Source: an uncultured Candidatus Saccharibacteria bacterium (GTDB taxonomy: Bacteria; Patescibacteriota; WWE3; 2-01-FULL-39-13). From it: 47,302 nucleotides of DNA. The notes beneath the pieces are model-generated. The model saw nothing but the letters and a program-made list of their open reading frames with translations. It did no database searches and was not told the DNA's origin. The translations under genes were made by a program, and so were the position numbers. Below, piece by piece: positions 1-8,378 of the stretch (its first letter is position 1; each line of letters begins with the position of its first letter). The stretch is taken from positions 1 to 47,302 of the forward strand of contig CAZDNW010000044.1 in NCBI GenBank assembly GCA_964506905.1. Direction: 5' to 3'.

Positions 1-285
1 AAAATATGTATATCCAAAGCTATAAATTAAAATCGCAAAAAATAAACCTAATGCAGAAATTACTAGAGATATTTTTCGCCCATACAAATCAGCAAAATAA
101 CCACTAGGAATTTCTAATAGAACAATTAATATCGAAAAAAACGATTGCAAAATCATTATTTGAGTTAAAGATAATCCATTGTCTTTCCAAAACAAAACCA
201 TTACTGGCACAGCAAAAAACATTGCACTAAAAATTTCAAATAAATAAATCTTTTTTATGTTGGAATTTAAAGAGGTATTAAACAC
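1..285 (-). CDS. MFS-type transporter, N-terminal part (gene runs off the window start)
   Basis: Manual reverse-strand translation is open from base 1 to a GTG at 283-285. It reads ..IKKIYLFEIFSAMFFAVPVMVLFWKDNGLSLTQIMILQSFFSILIVLLEIPSGYFADLYGRKISLVISALGLFF.. This gives hydrophobic helices plus a G-x-x-x-D-x-x-G-R-K loop typical of major-facilitator TM2-TM3. Not in the ORF track because it is truncated. Confidence 0.55.
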   Translation of the reverse strand, partial: MFNTSLNSNIKKIYLFEIFSAMFFAVPVMVLFWKDNGLSLTQIMILQSFFSILIVLLEIPSGYFADLYGRKISLVISALGLFFAILIYSFGYTYF

Positions 286-1079
286 TATCTCATCACAATA
301 TTAAAATCAACATACAAAGAATAATGATCTGATAAATATCTTTCAGCTTTAGCCTCTTGCACATCAAAGTATATTGGGGTATATAAAATATGATCTAATT
401 GTTCATGCCCATCTACTAATGTTGTTTCAGTGACAATACTTTCTGCTAACCATCCATTTTCAAATAATTCAGGGAACAAGACATCTAGAGATTCATCTTT
501 ATTATTGAAATCCCCAACAACCAATGTAGGGTACCTTTTACCTTTATTTTTAAAGTATTTTATTAATGCATTTCTAGATTCAATCATTTCTGGATCACTT
601 AGTTTCCTATTAAAGTGATGCAAAGGGAAGTAATGTAAATGAAAAATATTTATATCTAAGCCACTTACATTTACCTTTGCTGATTGTGCATACTTATCAT
701 GTAATATCCAGTGTTCACCATTTGGTCTATCTACCTCAAATTTTGGATTAGGTAACTTAAATATTTCATAATTATTTAGGTTATATTTAGAAAAAATCCC
801 CATACCATACATTCTCCCTACATACAACCAAGATTTTTCAGTGACTAATACTCTATAATCTCTAAAATTACATTTTTTAACTAACTCATCAGCAAATTCG
901 GAATTCCCATTATTATTCTCTATTAACAATTCACTAATAAATAATAAGTCTGGATCTAAAGAAACAAAATATTCTACATATTCCTCTATAGAAAATCTTT
1001 TAAATATCATTGATTCTGGTTTGTGTAAAACATCAGCATAAACAAAACCTTGTAAAACATTTGCAAAAACAACTTTCAT
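285..1079 (-). CDS. Endonuclease/exonuclease/phosphatase (EEP) fold protein
   Basis: 264-aa ORF with ordered EEP-like motifs: FANV near the N-terminus, ISE, VVGDFN, LDHIL, and C-terminal SDHYSLYVDF. Confidence 0.7.
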   Translation of the reverse strand: MKVVFANVLQGFVYADVLHKPESMIFKRFSIEEYVEYFVSLDPDLLFISELLIENNNGNSEFADELVKKCNFRDYRVLVTEKSWLYVGRMYGMGIFSKYNLNNYEIFKLPNPKFEVDRPNGEHWILHDKYAQSAKVNVSGLDINIFHLHYFPLHHFNRKLSDPEMIESRNALIKYFKNKGKRYPTLVVGDFNNKDESLDVLFPELFENGWLAESIVTETTLVDGHEQLDHILYTPIYFDVQEAKAERYLSDHYSLYVDFNIVMR

Positions 1080-1126
1080 AAGAACATATTAATAAAAAAC
1101 TAATTTAAATTAAATACTTTATTTCT

Positions 1127-1203
1127 TGGTCGGGGTGGTGGGACTTGAACCCACGACCTCACGCACCCCATGCGTACGCGCTAGCCAACTGCGCCACACC
1201 CCG
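1127..1203 (-). tRNA. tRNA-Pro (anticodon GGG), CCA encoded
   Basis: The reverse complement reads CGGGGTG-TG-GCGC-AGTTGGCTA-GCGC-G-TACGC-ATGGGGT-GCGTG-AGGTC-GTGGG-TTCAAGT-CCCAC-CACCCCG-A-CCA. This is a full cloverleaf with a 7-bp acceptor stem (C1-G72), a TTCAAGT T-loop, and anticodon loop A-T-GGG-G-T. It is a GC-rich island in AT-rich flanks. Confidence 0.9.
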
Positions 1204-1217
1204 CTAAGCACTAATAA

Positions 1218-2165
1218 TTATTTATTATCGTATTCTTCGTCAAATACATTACTTAACTGAGAAATTTTAACACCATCACCATTATAATTCCAATCAATTT
1301 TAGGTGGTATATAATTTGGAACTCTAAAGTCATCTATTCTTTTAATGTCTTTTTTACTTAATTTTAAGTTAATTGACTTAAGATTTTCGTCTATATGCTC
1401 TTTATTTTCACTTTTAACTAATGGTAAATAACCTTTTGCAATTAACCAACTTAAGATAACCTGATTTTGAGTAGCATCATACTCGTTAGCAAGTTCATTC
1501 AATAATGGCCAATTTCTTTTAGCAGTTCTATTTCTTCTTAATGGTTGATAAATCACATTTAATATATTGTTTTCAGTTGCATATGGAATTACACCGTTAT
1601 CATAATTTTCACGGGTTTCAAAATTAAAACCAATCTCATGCGCAAAAGTTGCATCTTTAAATTCCCTATAAAAATCTTCTAAATAATTTTTATTTAAATT
1701 GGTTACACTTACAAATTTAGTAATTTTATTTTGCAATGCTTTATGCAAAAATTCATACATTCTAGCTTTATCATATTTTATAAACATTTCGTGAGTAAAT
1801 TGAATAGCATTGACATATTCAGTATTAAATATTTCTAAAAATCGCCTATTCTCATCTTCAATGTCGCTTACTGATTCATTAGTATACGGATATATAGCTT
1901 GCACCAAAAATATATCTTGTCTATTAACACCAAATTCTTTTAGGGCAATAGAAAGCAATTTTGCAGAATATCCATCAGCATAGAATAAATTACCTTCTAT
2001 ATAATTCATACCCTTAGACAACATATGAATTAGAGCGTCTACTTGTTTTTTATCATTATTATTTGAATCTTTATGCAACAACCCACCAATACCCCATGTT
2101 CCAATGCCTATTGGAAATAATTTTAAATCTTTGTAATCAATGTATTTGGGAGTTTTTACAGACAT
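1218..2165 (-). CDS. Aldo/keto reductase family oxidoreductase
   Basis: 315-aa ORF with GIGTWGIGG near the N-terminus and YADGYSAKLL. Length and layout are AKR-like. Confidence 0.7.
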   Translation of the reverse strand: MSVKTPKYIDYKDLKLFPIGIGTWGIGGLLHKDSNNNDKKQVDALIHMLSKGMNYIEGNLFYADGYSAKLLSIALKEFGVNRQDIFLVQAIYPYTNESVSDIEDENRRFLEIFNTEYVNAIQFTHEMFIKYDKARMYEFLHKALQNKITKFVSVTNLNKNYLEDFYREFKDATFAHEIGFNFETRENYDNGVIPYATENNILNVIYQPLRRNRTAKRNWPLLNELANEYDATQNQVILSWLIAKGYLPLVKSENKEHIDENLKSINLKLSKKDIKRIDDFRVPNYIPPKIDWNYNGDGVKISQLSNVFDEEYDNK

Positions 2166-2174
2166 ACTGCAACA

Positions 2175-2183
2175 ATTATATCA
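2175..2183 (-). promoter_or_regulatory. Extended -10 element TGATATAAT upstream of the AKR gene; would give a nearly leaderless mRNA
   Basis: The reverse complement of 2175-2183 is TGATATAAT. Only 9 nt separate the -10 from the ATG at 2163-2165. No good -35 element is present. Confidence 0.3.
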
Positions 2184-2232
2184 AATTGAGCATATAAAAA
2201 TATGTGTAAATCAACTTGTGTAAAATATGATT

Positions 2233-2694
2233 TTAACGCTTTGAATATTGAGGTTTCTTTCTTGCTTTTCTGAAGAAAGGTTTCTTTCGCTCAACTTGTC
2301 GTGGATCTCTTGTTAGTAACCCGGCGGTTCTTAATACTGCTTTATTTTCTGAATCTAATTCTACCAATGCTCTTGCTAAGCCTAGCCTTACTGCACCTAA
2401 TTGTCCACTTTTACCTCCTCCATGCACTTTTATTGAAGCACTAAATTTAGATTGAGGATGTGAAATTCCTATTGCATGAAATGGCTTTACCCATTCTAGA
2501 GTTTCTTCTCTGCTTGTAAAGTATTCTTTAATCGGCTTACCATTTACCGTGAACTCTCCCTTTTCATCATATAACCATACTCTGGCAACTGATTCCTTTC
2601 TTCTACCAGTACCAGCATAAAATTTCTTTTTACCTTTTGTAACTTTTTTTGTTGTTGTTTCTTCTTTTAATGGTTTTTCTTTTGCTTCTGCCAT
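2233..2694 (-). CDS. rpsI: 30S ribosomal protein S9 (uS9), Lys-rich N-terminal extension
   Basis: GTGRRKESVARVWL, GGGKSGQLGAVRLGLARAL, and a C-terminal ..KKPQYSKR. Follows rplM. Confidence 0.95.
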   Translation of the reverse strand: MAEAKEKPLKEETTTKKVTKGKKKFYAGTGRRKESVARVWLYDEKGEFTVNGKPIKEYFTSREETLEWVKPFHAIGISHPQSKFSASIKVHGGGKSGQLGAVRLGLARALVELDSENKAVLRTAGLLTRDPRQVERKKPFFRKARKKPQYSKR

Positions 2695-2712
2695 ATTTTT
2701 TATTAATTATTA

Positions 2713-3135
2713 TTACTTTTTTATTTGAGCCTCATGTGGGTGTTCTGCACCCTCGTATATTTTAAGATTTGCTAATCTTGCTTTTCTTAATTTGTTTTTA
2801 GGTAACATCCCTTTTACAGCTAAATAAATTAATTTATTTGGGTTTTTTGCCCTGATTTGTGATGCCGTTAATGATTTTAAGTTACCAACTTTTCTTGAAT
2901 GTCTGTAATATACTTTCCCCAATTCTTTATTTCCTGTTAATACTACTTTTTTAGAATTTGTTACTATCACGCCGTCCCCCATATTCATATTTGGCGAATA
3001 ATTTACTTTGTGTTTTCCCATTAACAATTCAACAATTTCATTTGCTAATTGCCCTAATACTCTATTTTCAGCATCGAGGTGGTGCCATTTTTTTACTACT
3101 TCTTTCTTTTTTGTTGCACTAGTTGTTTTTGTCAT
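2713..3135 (-). CDS. rplM: 50S ribosomal protein L13 (uL13)
   Basis: KWHHLDAENRVLGQLANEIVELLMGKHK and AVKGMLPKNKL match the L13 family. Confidence 0.95.
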   Translation of the reverse strand: MTKTTSATKKKEVVKKWHHLDAENRVLGQLANEIVELLMGKHKVNYSPNMNMGDGVIVTNSKKVVLTGNKELGKVYYRHSRKVGNLKSLTASQIRAKNPNKLIYLAVKGMLPKNKLRKARLANLKIYEGAEHPHEAQIKK

Positions 3136-3137
3136 TT

Positions 3138-3620
3138 TTATTTACCTTTCTTTTCAACTTTTTCTTTTTTACTAGTTGTATTTTCTTTTTTTGTAGTCTT
3201 TTTATCTACAACATCTTTTTTAGTCGGGTTTTTATTAGTTTTTTGTGTATCCACCTTAGGTTGCACAACTTCAACAAATGATATTTCCGCCATTTGTGCA
3301 GCATCACCTTTTCTTACTTCGGTTCGTCTAATTCTTAAATAACCACCATTTACTTTTTTGTATTTTGGTGCAATATCCTTTAATAATTTATCTACTAATT
3401 TTTTGTCATCAATTCTCTGAATAAGTAATCTTCTTGTTGCTAAATCGTTCTTTTTTGCTTTTGTTACCAGTTTTTCAACCTTTGGTCTTATATATTTTGC
3501 TTTCATTAAGGTTGTTTCTACAGATCCATATGCAATGATTTGTTTAATCAAACCTCTTTCTAAGGCTATTCTTCCATCTCTATCTCTGTTTAATTTTGTC
3601 TTTTTTACTCTATGTCTCAT
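3138..3620 (-). CDS. rplQ: 50S ribosomal protein L17 (bL17) with ~43-aa Lys/Thr-rich C-terminal tail
   Basis: MRHRVKKTKLNRDRDGRIAL.. and GGYLRIRRTEVRKGDAAQMAEISFV. Lies downstream of rpoA. Confidence 0.95.
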   Translation of the reverse strand: MRHRVKKTKLNRDRDGRIALERGLIKQIIAYGSVETTLMKAKYIRPKVEKLVTKAKKNDLATRRLLIQRIDDKKLVDKLLKDIAPKYKKVNGGYLRIRRTEVRKGDAAQMAEISFVEVVQPKVDTQKTNKNPTKKDVVDKKTTKKENTTSKKEKVEKKGK

Positions 3621-3646
3621 ATTTATTATGAGGAATTCAAACTAAC

Positions 3647-4648
3647 TTACTTTTTTAAACCCTCTTTCTCTAATAAAGCAATGATTTCTCTTATTGATTT
3701 CTCACCAAGGTTTCTAACCCTTAACAATTCGTCTTCAGATCTTTCAGATAAATCTGCTAAAGTATTTATTCCTGCTTTTTTAAGTGCGTTTACAGTTCTT
3801 GTTGGAAGTCTAAGTTCTTCTAATGAAACTTCTTCTAACGCAATCCCGCTTTGTGTTGTTACACCCGCCGCATTTGCTTGTGCTTCCTTTTCATCTTCTA
3901 ATGCTGAAGCTTGAGCTAATAACGCATCTTGTTCATCGTTATATTCTTCTCCTGTTTCAACTTTATAGAAAAACTCTTTTAATATCTTTGCTGCATTTCT
4001 AACCGCTTCTTCTGGTTCAACAGAACCATCTGTTTCAACTGTTAATACCAATTTATCAAAATTATCATCTCTTCCAACTCTTGCTACATCAACATCATAA
4101 CTTACATTAACAATTGGTGTGTAATTAGCATCTAATAAAATCGTACCTCTTGGGACATCGGCATCTTCATCAACTTGTTCATATCCATAACCTGGTTTAA
4201 CAAGTAAAGTGGCTTTAAATGTATCTTTTGCTGTATTTAATGTGGTTATAACAAAATCCTTGTTTATTATTTCAACTCCTGCATCTTCTGAAATATCGCC
4301 TGCTGTAACATCCCCTGGTCCTTTTACATCAATCTTAAGCTCTACTGTATCGTCTAATTCAAATTCTGGTGACATTTTAACAATAACTTTCTTTAACTTT
4401 AATAATATTTGTAATACATCATCAGTTGCACCCTCTATTGTTGAAAATTCATGTGAAACCCCATCAATAGAAACAGATACAATAGCAGCTCCTCTTGTTG
4501 AGGAAAAAAGTGTTCTTCTTAAACCACTACCTATTGTATATCCAAACCCCTTAACTAATGGTGTTATTTCAAAAACCCCTTTTGTTGAGGTTTTTTCTAC
4601 TGTATTAAAATTTATTTTTTTAAGATTATACATATCTTTTTTTAACAC
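3647..4648 (-). CDS. rpoA: DNA-directed RNA polymerase subunit alpha
   Basis: The NTD has PLVKGFGYTIGSGLRRTLFSS. The CTD has LEELRLPTRTVNALKKAGINTLADL (helix-hairpin-helix). Sits in the alpha-operon position. Confidence 0.95.
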   Translation of the reverse strand: MLKKDMYNLKKINFNTVEKTSTKGVFEITPLVKGFGYTIGSGLRRTLFSSTRGAAIVSVSIDGVSHEFSTIEGATDDVLQILLKLKKVIVKMSPEFELDDTVELKIDVKGPGDVTAGDISEDAGVEIINKDFVITTLNTAKDTFKATLLVKPGYGYEQVDEDADVPRGTILLDANYTPIVNVSYDVDVARVGRDDNFDKLVLTVETDGSVEPEEAVRNAAKILKEFFYKVETGEEYNDEQDALLAQASALEDEKEAQANAAGVTTQSGIALEEVSLEELRLPTRTVNALKKAGINTLADLSERSEDELLRVRNLGEKSIREIIALLEKEGLKK

Positions 4649-4675
4649 TAACAGAAAGATAATTAGGTCTCTCTA

Positions 4676-5278
4676 TTAGCGTGAATAATATTCAACTATT
4701 AATTGCTCATTGATTTCTGAACTAATATCATCTCTTTCTGGCAATCTTGATATCTTTATTCCCTTTTTGTTTTTATCCCATTCTAACCAAGCGGGCATTT
4801 CAGCGTCATCCTTCGGTTTTGCTTCAACAAAGTCACATTCTACCATATCTCCCGTATTAACTTGGTATGATGGAATTGTAACCACATTCCCATTTACTTT
4901 AACTTTTCCTTGTCTAACTAATTTTCTAGCATGCATTCTTGACAATCCTAATCCACTTGAATATACAACATTGTCTAACCTTCTTTCTAACATCTGAAGT
5001 AGTAATTGCCCTGTAACACCTTTTTTTCTTGCTGCTTTATCATAATATCTTCTGAATTGTGTTTCTAAAACACCGTAGATTCTCTTTACTTTTTGTTTTT
5101 CTCTTAAGTGTCTACCATAATCAGATAGTCTTCTTCTTCGTAATGGACCATGTTGTCCAGGTGGATACGATCTTTTATTCATAGGACATTTATCGCTATA
5201 ACATTTTGCACCTTTTAAGAACAACTTTGTGCCTTCTCGTCTGCATAATTTACATTTTGGTCCTAAGTATCGTGACAT
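4676..5278 (-). CDS. rpsD: 30S ribosomal protein S4 (uS4), zinc-ribbon type
   Basis: MSRYLGPKCKLCRREGTKLFLKGAKCYSDKCP and YGVLETQFRRYY. I prefer the start at M16 of the track ORF (ATG 5276-5278), 1 nt after the rpsK stop. Confidence 0.93.
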   Translation of the reverse strand: MSRYLGPKCKLCRREGTKLFLKGAKCYSDKCPMNKRSYPPGQHGPLRRRRLSDYGRHLREKQKVKRIYGVLETQFRRYYDKAARKKGVTGQLLLQMLERRLDNVVYSSGLGLSRMHARKLVRQGKVKVNGNVVTIPSYQVNTGDMVECDFVEAKPKDDAEMPAWLEWDKNKKGIKISRLPERDDISSEINEQLIVEYYSR

Positions 5279-5279
5279 T

Positions 5280-5675
5280 TTATATTCTCCTTCGTTTCTT
5301 TGGTCTACACCCATTATGTGCAATAGGTGTAATATCTACTATTTTGTTTATAACTAACCCACCGTTTCTAATAGCCTTTACGGCTTGTGATTTTCCACTT
5401 CCTATACCTTTTATGTACGCTGTAACTTCCTTCATTCCTAAAGATACTGCTTCTTTTGCTGCATTTTCACCAACAACTGAAGCCGCATAAGGTGTTGATT
5501 TTCTTGATCCTTTAAATCCACTTGTTCCTCCTGATGCCCAACATACTGTATTGCCATCTAAATCTGTAACTGTAACAATTGTATTATTATATCCTGAAAA
5601 TACATATACATTTCCAATTTGTGGAATTTGCTTGGTTCTCTTTGTCTTTTTAACTGTTTTTTTAGCTTTTGCCAT
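5280..5675 (-). CDS. rpsK: 30S ribosomal protein S11 (uS11)
   Basis: GNVYVFSGYNNTIVTVTDLDGN, GFKGSRKSTPYAA, and C-terminal DITPIAHNGCRPKKRRR. Confidence 0.95.
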   Translation of the reverse strand: MAKAKKTVKKTKRTKQIPQIGNVYVFSGYNNTIVTVTDLDGNTVCWASGGTSGFKGSRKSTPYAASVVGENAAKEAVSLGMKEVTAYIKGIGSGKSQAVKAIRNGGLVINKIVDITPIAHNGCRPKKRRRI

Positions 5676-5686
5676 AATATAAAATA

Positions 5687-5708
5687 GTCACGACTAAACT
5701 ACCGTGAC
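5687..5708 (-). other. Intercistronic hairpin between rpsM and rpsK
   Basis: GTCACG (5687-5692) and CGTGAC (5703-5708) form a 6-bp stem with a 10-nt loop. On the minus strand it is followed by TATTTTATATT. Confidence 0.3.
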
Positions 5709-5722
5709 AATTCATCTAATAA

Positions 5723-6112
5723 CTAAGTTTTAGCTGCCGCTTTTGGATTTGCTCCACCAACAGCAACTCTTTTACCTCTTTTTGTTCTTGCATTTTTTTG
5801 TGTTTTCTGACCTCTTACCGGCAAGTTTCTAATATGCCTAATTCCCCTATAACATTGAATATCTTTTAATCTCTTAATATTTTGACTTACAACTCTTCTT
5901 AATTCACCTTCAACCATGTATTGCCCTTTTTCTATCACATTTCTAATAGAAGCTAACTGTTCATCTGTTAAGTCTTTTGCTCTTATATTTTCATCAACTT
6001 TAGCTCTTTCTAATATTTCTTTAGATGTAGACAGTCCAATTCCATAAATATATGTTAATGCTATTACGATTCTTTTATTATTTGGAATATCAACTCCTGC
6101 TATTCTTGGCAT
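5723..6112 (-). CDS. rpsM: 30S ribosomal protein S13 (uS13)
   Basis: [26 protein letters not shown] and [26 protein letters not shown]. Confidence 0.95.
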   Translation of the reverse strand: MPRIAGVDIPNNKRIVIALTYIYGIGLSTSKEILERAKVDENIRAKDLTDEQLASIRNVIEKGQYMVEGELRRVVSQNIKRLKDIQCYRGIRHIRNLPVRGQKTQKNARTKRGKRVAVGGANPKAAAKT

Positions 6113-6114
6113 AG

Positions 6115-6231
6115 TTATCCTTGTCGTTGCTTGTGCTTTGGATTTGCACTACAAATTATGTAAACTTTCCCCTTTCGGCGAACTACTTTACAATGTCTAC
6201 ATCTTTTTTTTACGCTTGCTTTTACTTTCAT
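6115..6231 (-). CDS. rpmJ: 50S ribosomal protein L36 (bL36); absent from the supplied ORF track
   Basis: Manual translation gives [38 protein letters not shown] followed by TAA (6115-6117). The ATG at 6229-6231 overlaps the infA TGA (6228-6230) as ATGA. C-x2-C..C..H zinc motif present. Confidence 0.95.
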   Translation of the reverse strand: MKVKASVKKRCRHCKVVRRKGKVYIICSANPKHKQRQG

Positions 6232-6452
6232 TTTTTTAATCTATATGTAATACGACCGTTTTCTAAATCGTATTTACTAAATTCTACTTTTACCCTATCA
6301 CCAGGCAATATATATATCTTAAACTTTCTCAATTTTCCAGCGATGTATCCGACAATTTCTTTGTCTTCATCATCTAACTTTATCTTAAATTTTCCATCAG
6401 GCAAAGCTTCTACAACAGTGCCCGTATATTCGATTAAATCTTTTTTAGCCAT
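6228..6452 (-). CDS. infA: Translation initiation factor IF-1
   Basis: [53 protein letters not shown] prefer the start at M11 of the track ORF, which is the canonical MAK.. N-terminus. Confidence 0.93.
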   Translation of the reverse strand: MAKKDLIEYTGTVVEALPDGKFKIKLDDEDKEIVGYIAGKLRKFKIYILPGDRVKVEFSKYDLENGRITYRLKK

Positions 6453-6526
6453 AAATATACTGTGCGTTTTGCCAAACGGCATTGCAGGAAAAGGTCTTAT
6501 AAGTTAAGAACCTAGTTTACTGCATT

Positions 6527-6554
6527 ATTGTAGCACAATTGTTAAAATTGTCGA
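6527..6554 (-). promoter_or_regulatory. Candidate sigma70-type promoter for infA-rpmJ-rpsM..: TCGACA-16 nt-(TGC)TACAAT
   Basis: The reverse complement of 6549-6554 is TCGACA. The reverse complement of 6527-6535 is TGCTACAAT, an extended -10. It sits in the 199-bp map-infA spacer, about 70 nt upstream of the infA ATG. Confidence 0.4.
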
Positions 6555-6681
6555 TATCTTAATCGTTATGTTGATTTGTCTATAAAATAGCAAATTTATA
6601 CTACAATCAAAATAAAAAACAATACATCACTTAATTGTGCGACTTTTAATATAATATAGTAATATTTCGCATAGTCAATAA

Positions 6682-7470
6682 CTATTTCGTTAAAATCACT
6701 GGACCATTTTCAGTTACAATTACTGTATGTTCAAACATACCTGTTTTGCTTTTATCTTTTGTAACAATAGACCATCCGTCGCTTTTGTCAACAAACCATT
6801 CTCCATCACCCATTGCATACATAACTTCAATAGCCAATCCCATGTTTTTCTTAATTTTCTTACCAGATCCTTCATATCCATGGCATGGAATATGTGGGTC
6901 CATATGAGCATCATAGCCTATTCCATGCCCCCCGTATCCATCCATCACTGAATACCCAGCACTTTCCACTATATCCTGCATTACAGACGATATATCACCT
7001 ATCCTATTTTTGGGGTATGCTCTTTCAATTGCAGAATTTAAAGCATATACTCCTGTTTTTAAAAACCTTTCCACCTCAGAATCACTGTTTGAAAATTGAT
7101 CCCTAATTGTATCTATAGAATCATATTTTTCTTTAACAGATATTGTCCAACAATGATCTATATAATGATCTTTATACTTTACCCCAAGGTCAATTGATAC
7201 AATATCATCAACTTTTAAGACAGTATCGTTGGGAATTCCATGCAACCATACTTCATTAACAGAAATACACGATGCATATTTATAGTCATCAACTTCTTTA
7301 AACCACGGTTCGACACCATATTTATCCATTTTATCTTGTATAAAATCGTTTATTTCTATGGTTTTTGTTCCAGCTACAGATATAAACAAGGCAGAATTCA
7401 TGATATCAACCGCATATTTAGCTGCTTCTTGCATTATATCTATTGATTCTTTGGATAATATATTATTCAT
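6682..7470 (-). CDS. map: Type I methionine aminopeptidase
   Basis: Metal ligand pattern DIVSIDLG..YIDHC, GGHGIG, LAIEVM, FEHTVIVTENG. Confidence 0.92.
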   Translation of the reverse strand: MNNILSKESIDIMQEAAKYAVDIMNSALFISVAGTKTIEINDFIQDKMDKYGVEPWFKEVDDYKYASCISVNEVWLHGIPNDTVLKVDDIVSIDLGVKYKDHYIDHCWTISVKEKYDSIDTIRDQFSNSDSEVERFLKTGVYALNSAIERAYPKNRIGDISSVMQDIVESAGYSVMDGYGGHGIGYDAHMDPHIPCHGYEGSGKKIKKNMGLAIEVMYAMGDGEWFVDKSDGWSIVTKDKSKTGMFEHTVIVTENGPVILTK

Positions 7471-8071
7471 AATTATTTCTTCTCACTTCTTCTAAATATT
7501 CATTCATTATATCTTGCAACTCGTCTTGAATTTCCTCTATTGTTCTTTCTCCATCAATTCTTACAAGAACTCCTAAGTCCTTATATGCTTCCAATAATGG
7601 TGCAGTTTCTGAAAAATAAATATCTAATCTCTTTTTTACTGCTTCTTCACTTTCATCAGGTCTGTTTTCAATCTCTCTTCTGAGTTTTATTCTGTTTAAA
7701 CATTCATTTAAAGATACATCTAAATAAAAAACTTTTACTAATGAATAGTCGTTTATTTTTAAGAATTCCAAAAAATCTTTTAATTGGTTTTTATTTCTGG
7801 GAAATCCATCAATTAAGAATCCGAAATGCTCTGATTTATTCATCTCATCAAACAGCATTTTTTCTATAATATCATCAGGAACAAGCTCGCCTTTTAATTG
7901 ATAAAACTGAATCTTTTTAGCTAATTCAGTACCATTTTTACTTTCTCTACGCACAAGTTCACCTGTTGATATAAATTTATAATCTAAATAATCTGCTAAA
8001 AGTTTTGCCTGAGTAGATTTACCAGAACCTTGCGGTCCTAATACAAGTATTATTTCTTTTTTCATATACAA
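7463..8071 (-). CDS. adk: Adenylate kinase, short-LID form
   Basis: P-loop LGPQGSGKSTQAKLLA, STGELVR, LIDGFPRN. The LID region is only ..LRREIENRPDESEE.. Overlaps the map start by 8 nt. Confidence 0.9.
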   Translation of the reverse strand: MYMKKEIILVLGPQGSGKSTQAKLLADYLDYKFISTGELVRRESKNGTELAKKIQFYQLKGELVPDDIIEKMLFDEMNKSEHFGFLIDGFPRNKNQLKDFLEFLKINDYSLVKVFYLDVSLNECLNRIKLRREIENRPDESEEAVKKRLDIYFSETAPLLEAYKDLGVLVRIDGERTIEEIQDELQDIMNEYLEEVRRNNYE

Positions 8072-8083
8072 TCTTTAAACTTT

Positions 8084-8359
8084 TTATAATCCAGGTATTC
8101 CTAGATCACCCATTTTACCTCTCATTTGTTTAGCTACTTTCTTTTGCGACTCTTTTACTGCCTTATTAAATAATTTCTTCAATTCTGGCATTTCTTCACC
8201 ATCTTTATAAACTGCTACTACGGTTTGGTCACCTCGCATAATGATTCTGTAATCACCTTCAAAAACTTCAACTTGTATTTTTTCCATTTCTTTTTTCATT
8301 GCATCTGCTTGTTTTTTTAATGCATATAAGTCTTTCATTTGACCTAATTTATCTATCAT
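8084..8359 (-). CDS. ybaB: YbaB/EbfC-family nucleoid-associated DNA-binding protein
   Basis: 91 aa. An N-terminal K/Q/M-rich helix (LKKQADAMKKEMEKIQ), a central beta region, and a C-terminal ..KMGDLGIPGL resemble the YbaB ..GMNMPGLF ending. Confidence 0.65.
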   Translation of the reverse strand: MIDKLGQMKDLYALKKQADAMKKEMEKIQVEVFEGDYRIIMRGDQTVVAVYKDGEEMPELKKLFNKAVKESQKKVAKQMRGKMGDLGIPGL

Positions 8360-8378
8360 AATTTATTAGCCAATATAA

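Noticed and set aside
5279-5323. N-terminally extended starts in the track for rpsD, and likewise infA (6453-6482), rpsH (12117-12152), rpsJ (18344-18361, a TTG) and tuf (19586-19600)
   Set aside because: The extensions overlap the upstream gene or add residues not found in these highly conserved families. Internal ATGs reproduce the canonical N-termini ([48 protein letters not shown]).
6720-7446. Short ORFs inside map on both strands (6720-6914, 6727-6951, 6885-7106, 7240-7446)
   Set aside because: They are embedded in a complete methionine aminopeptidase gene with all metal ligands intact, so they are chance frames.
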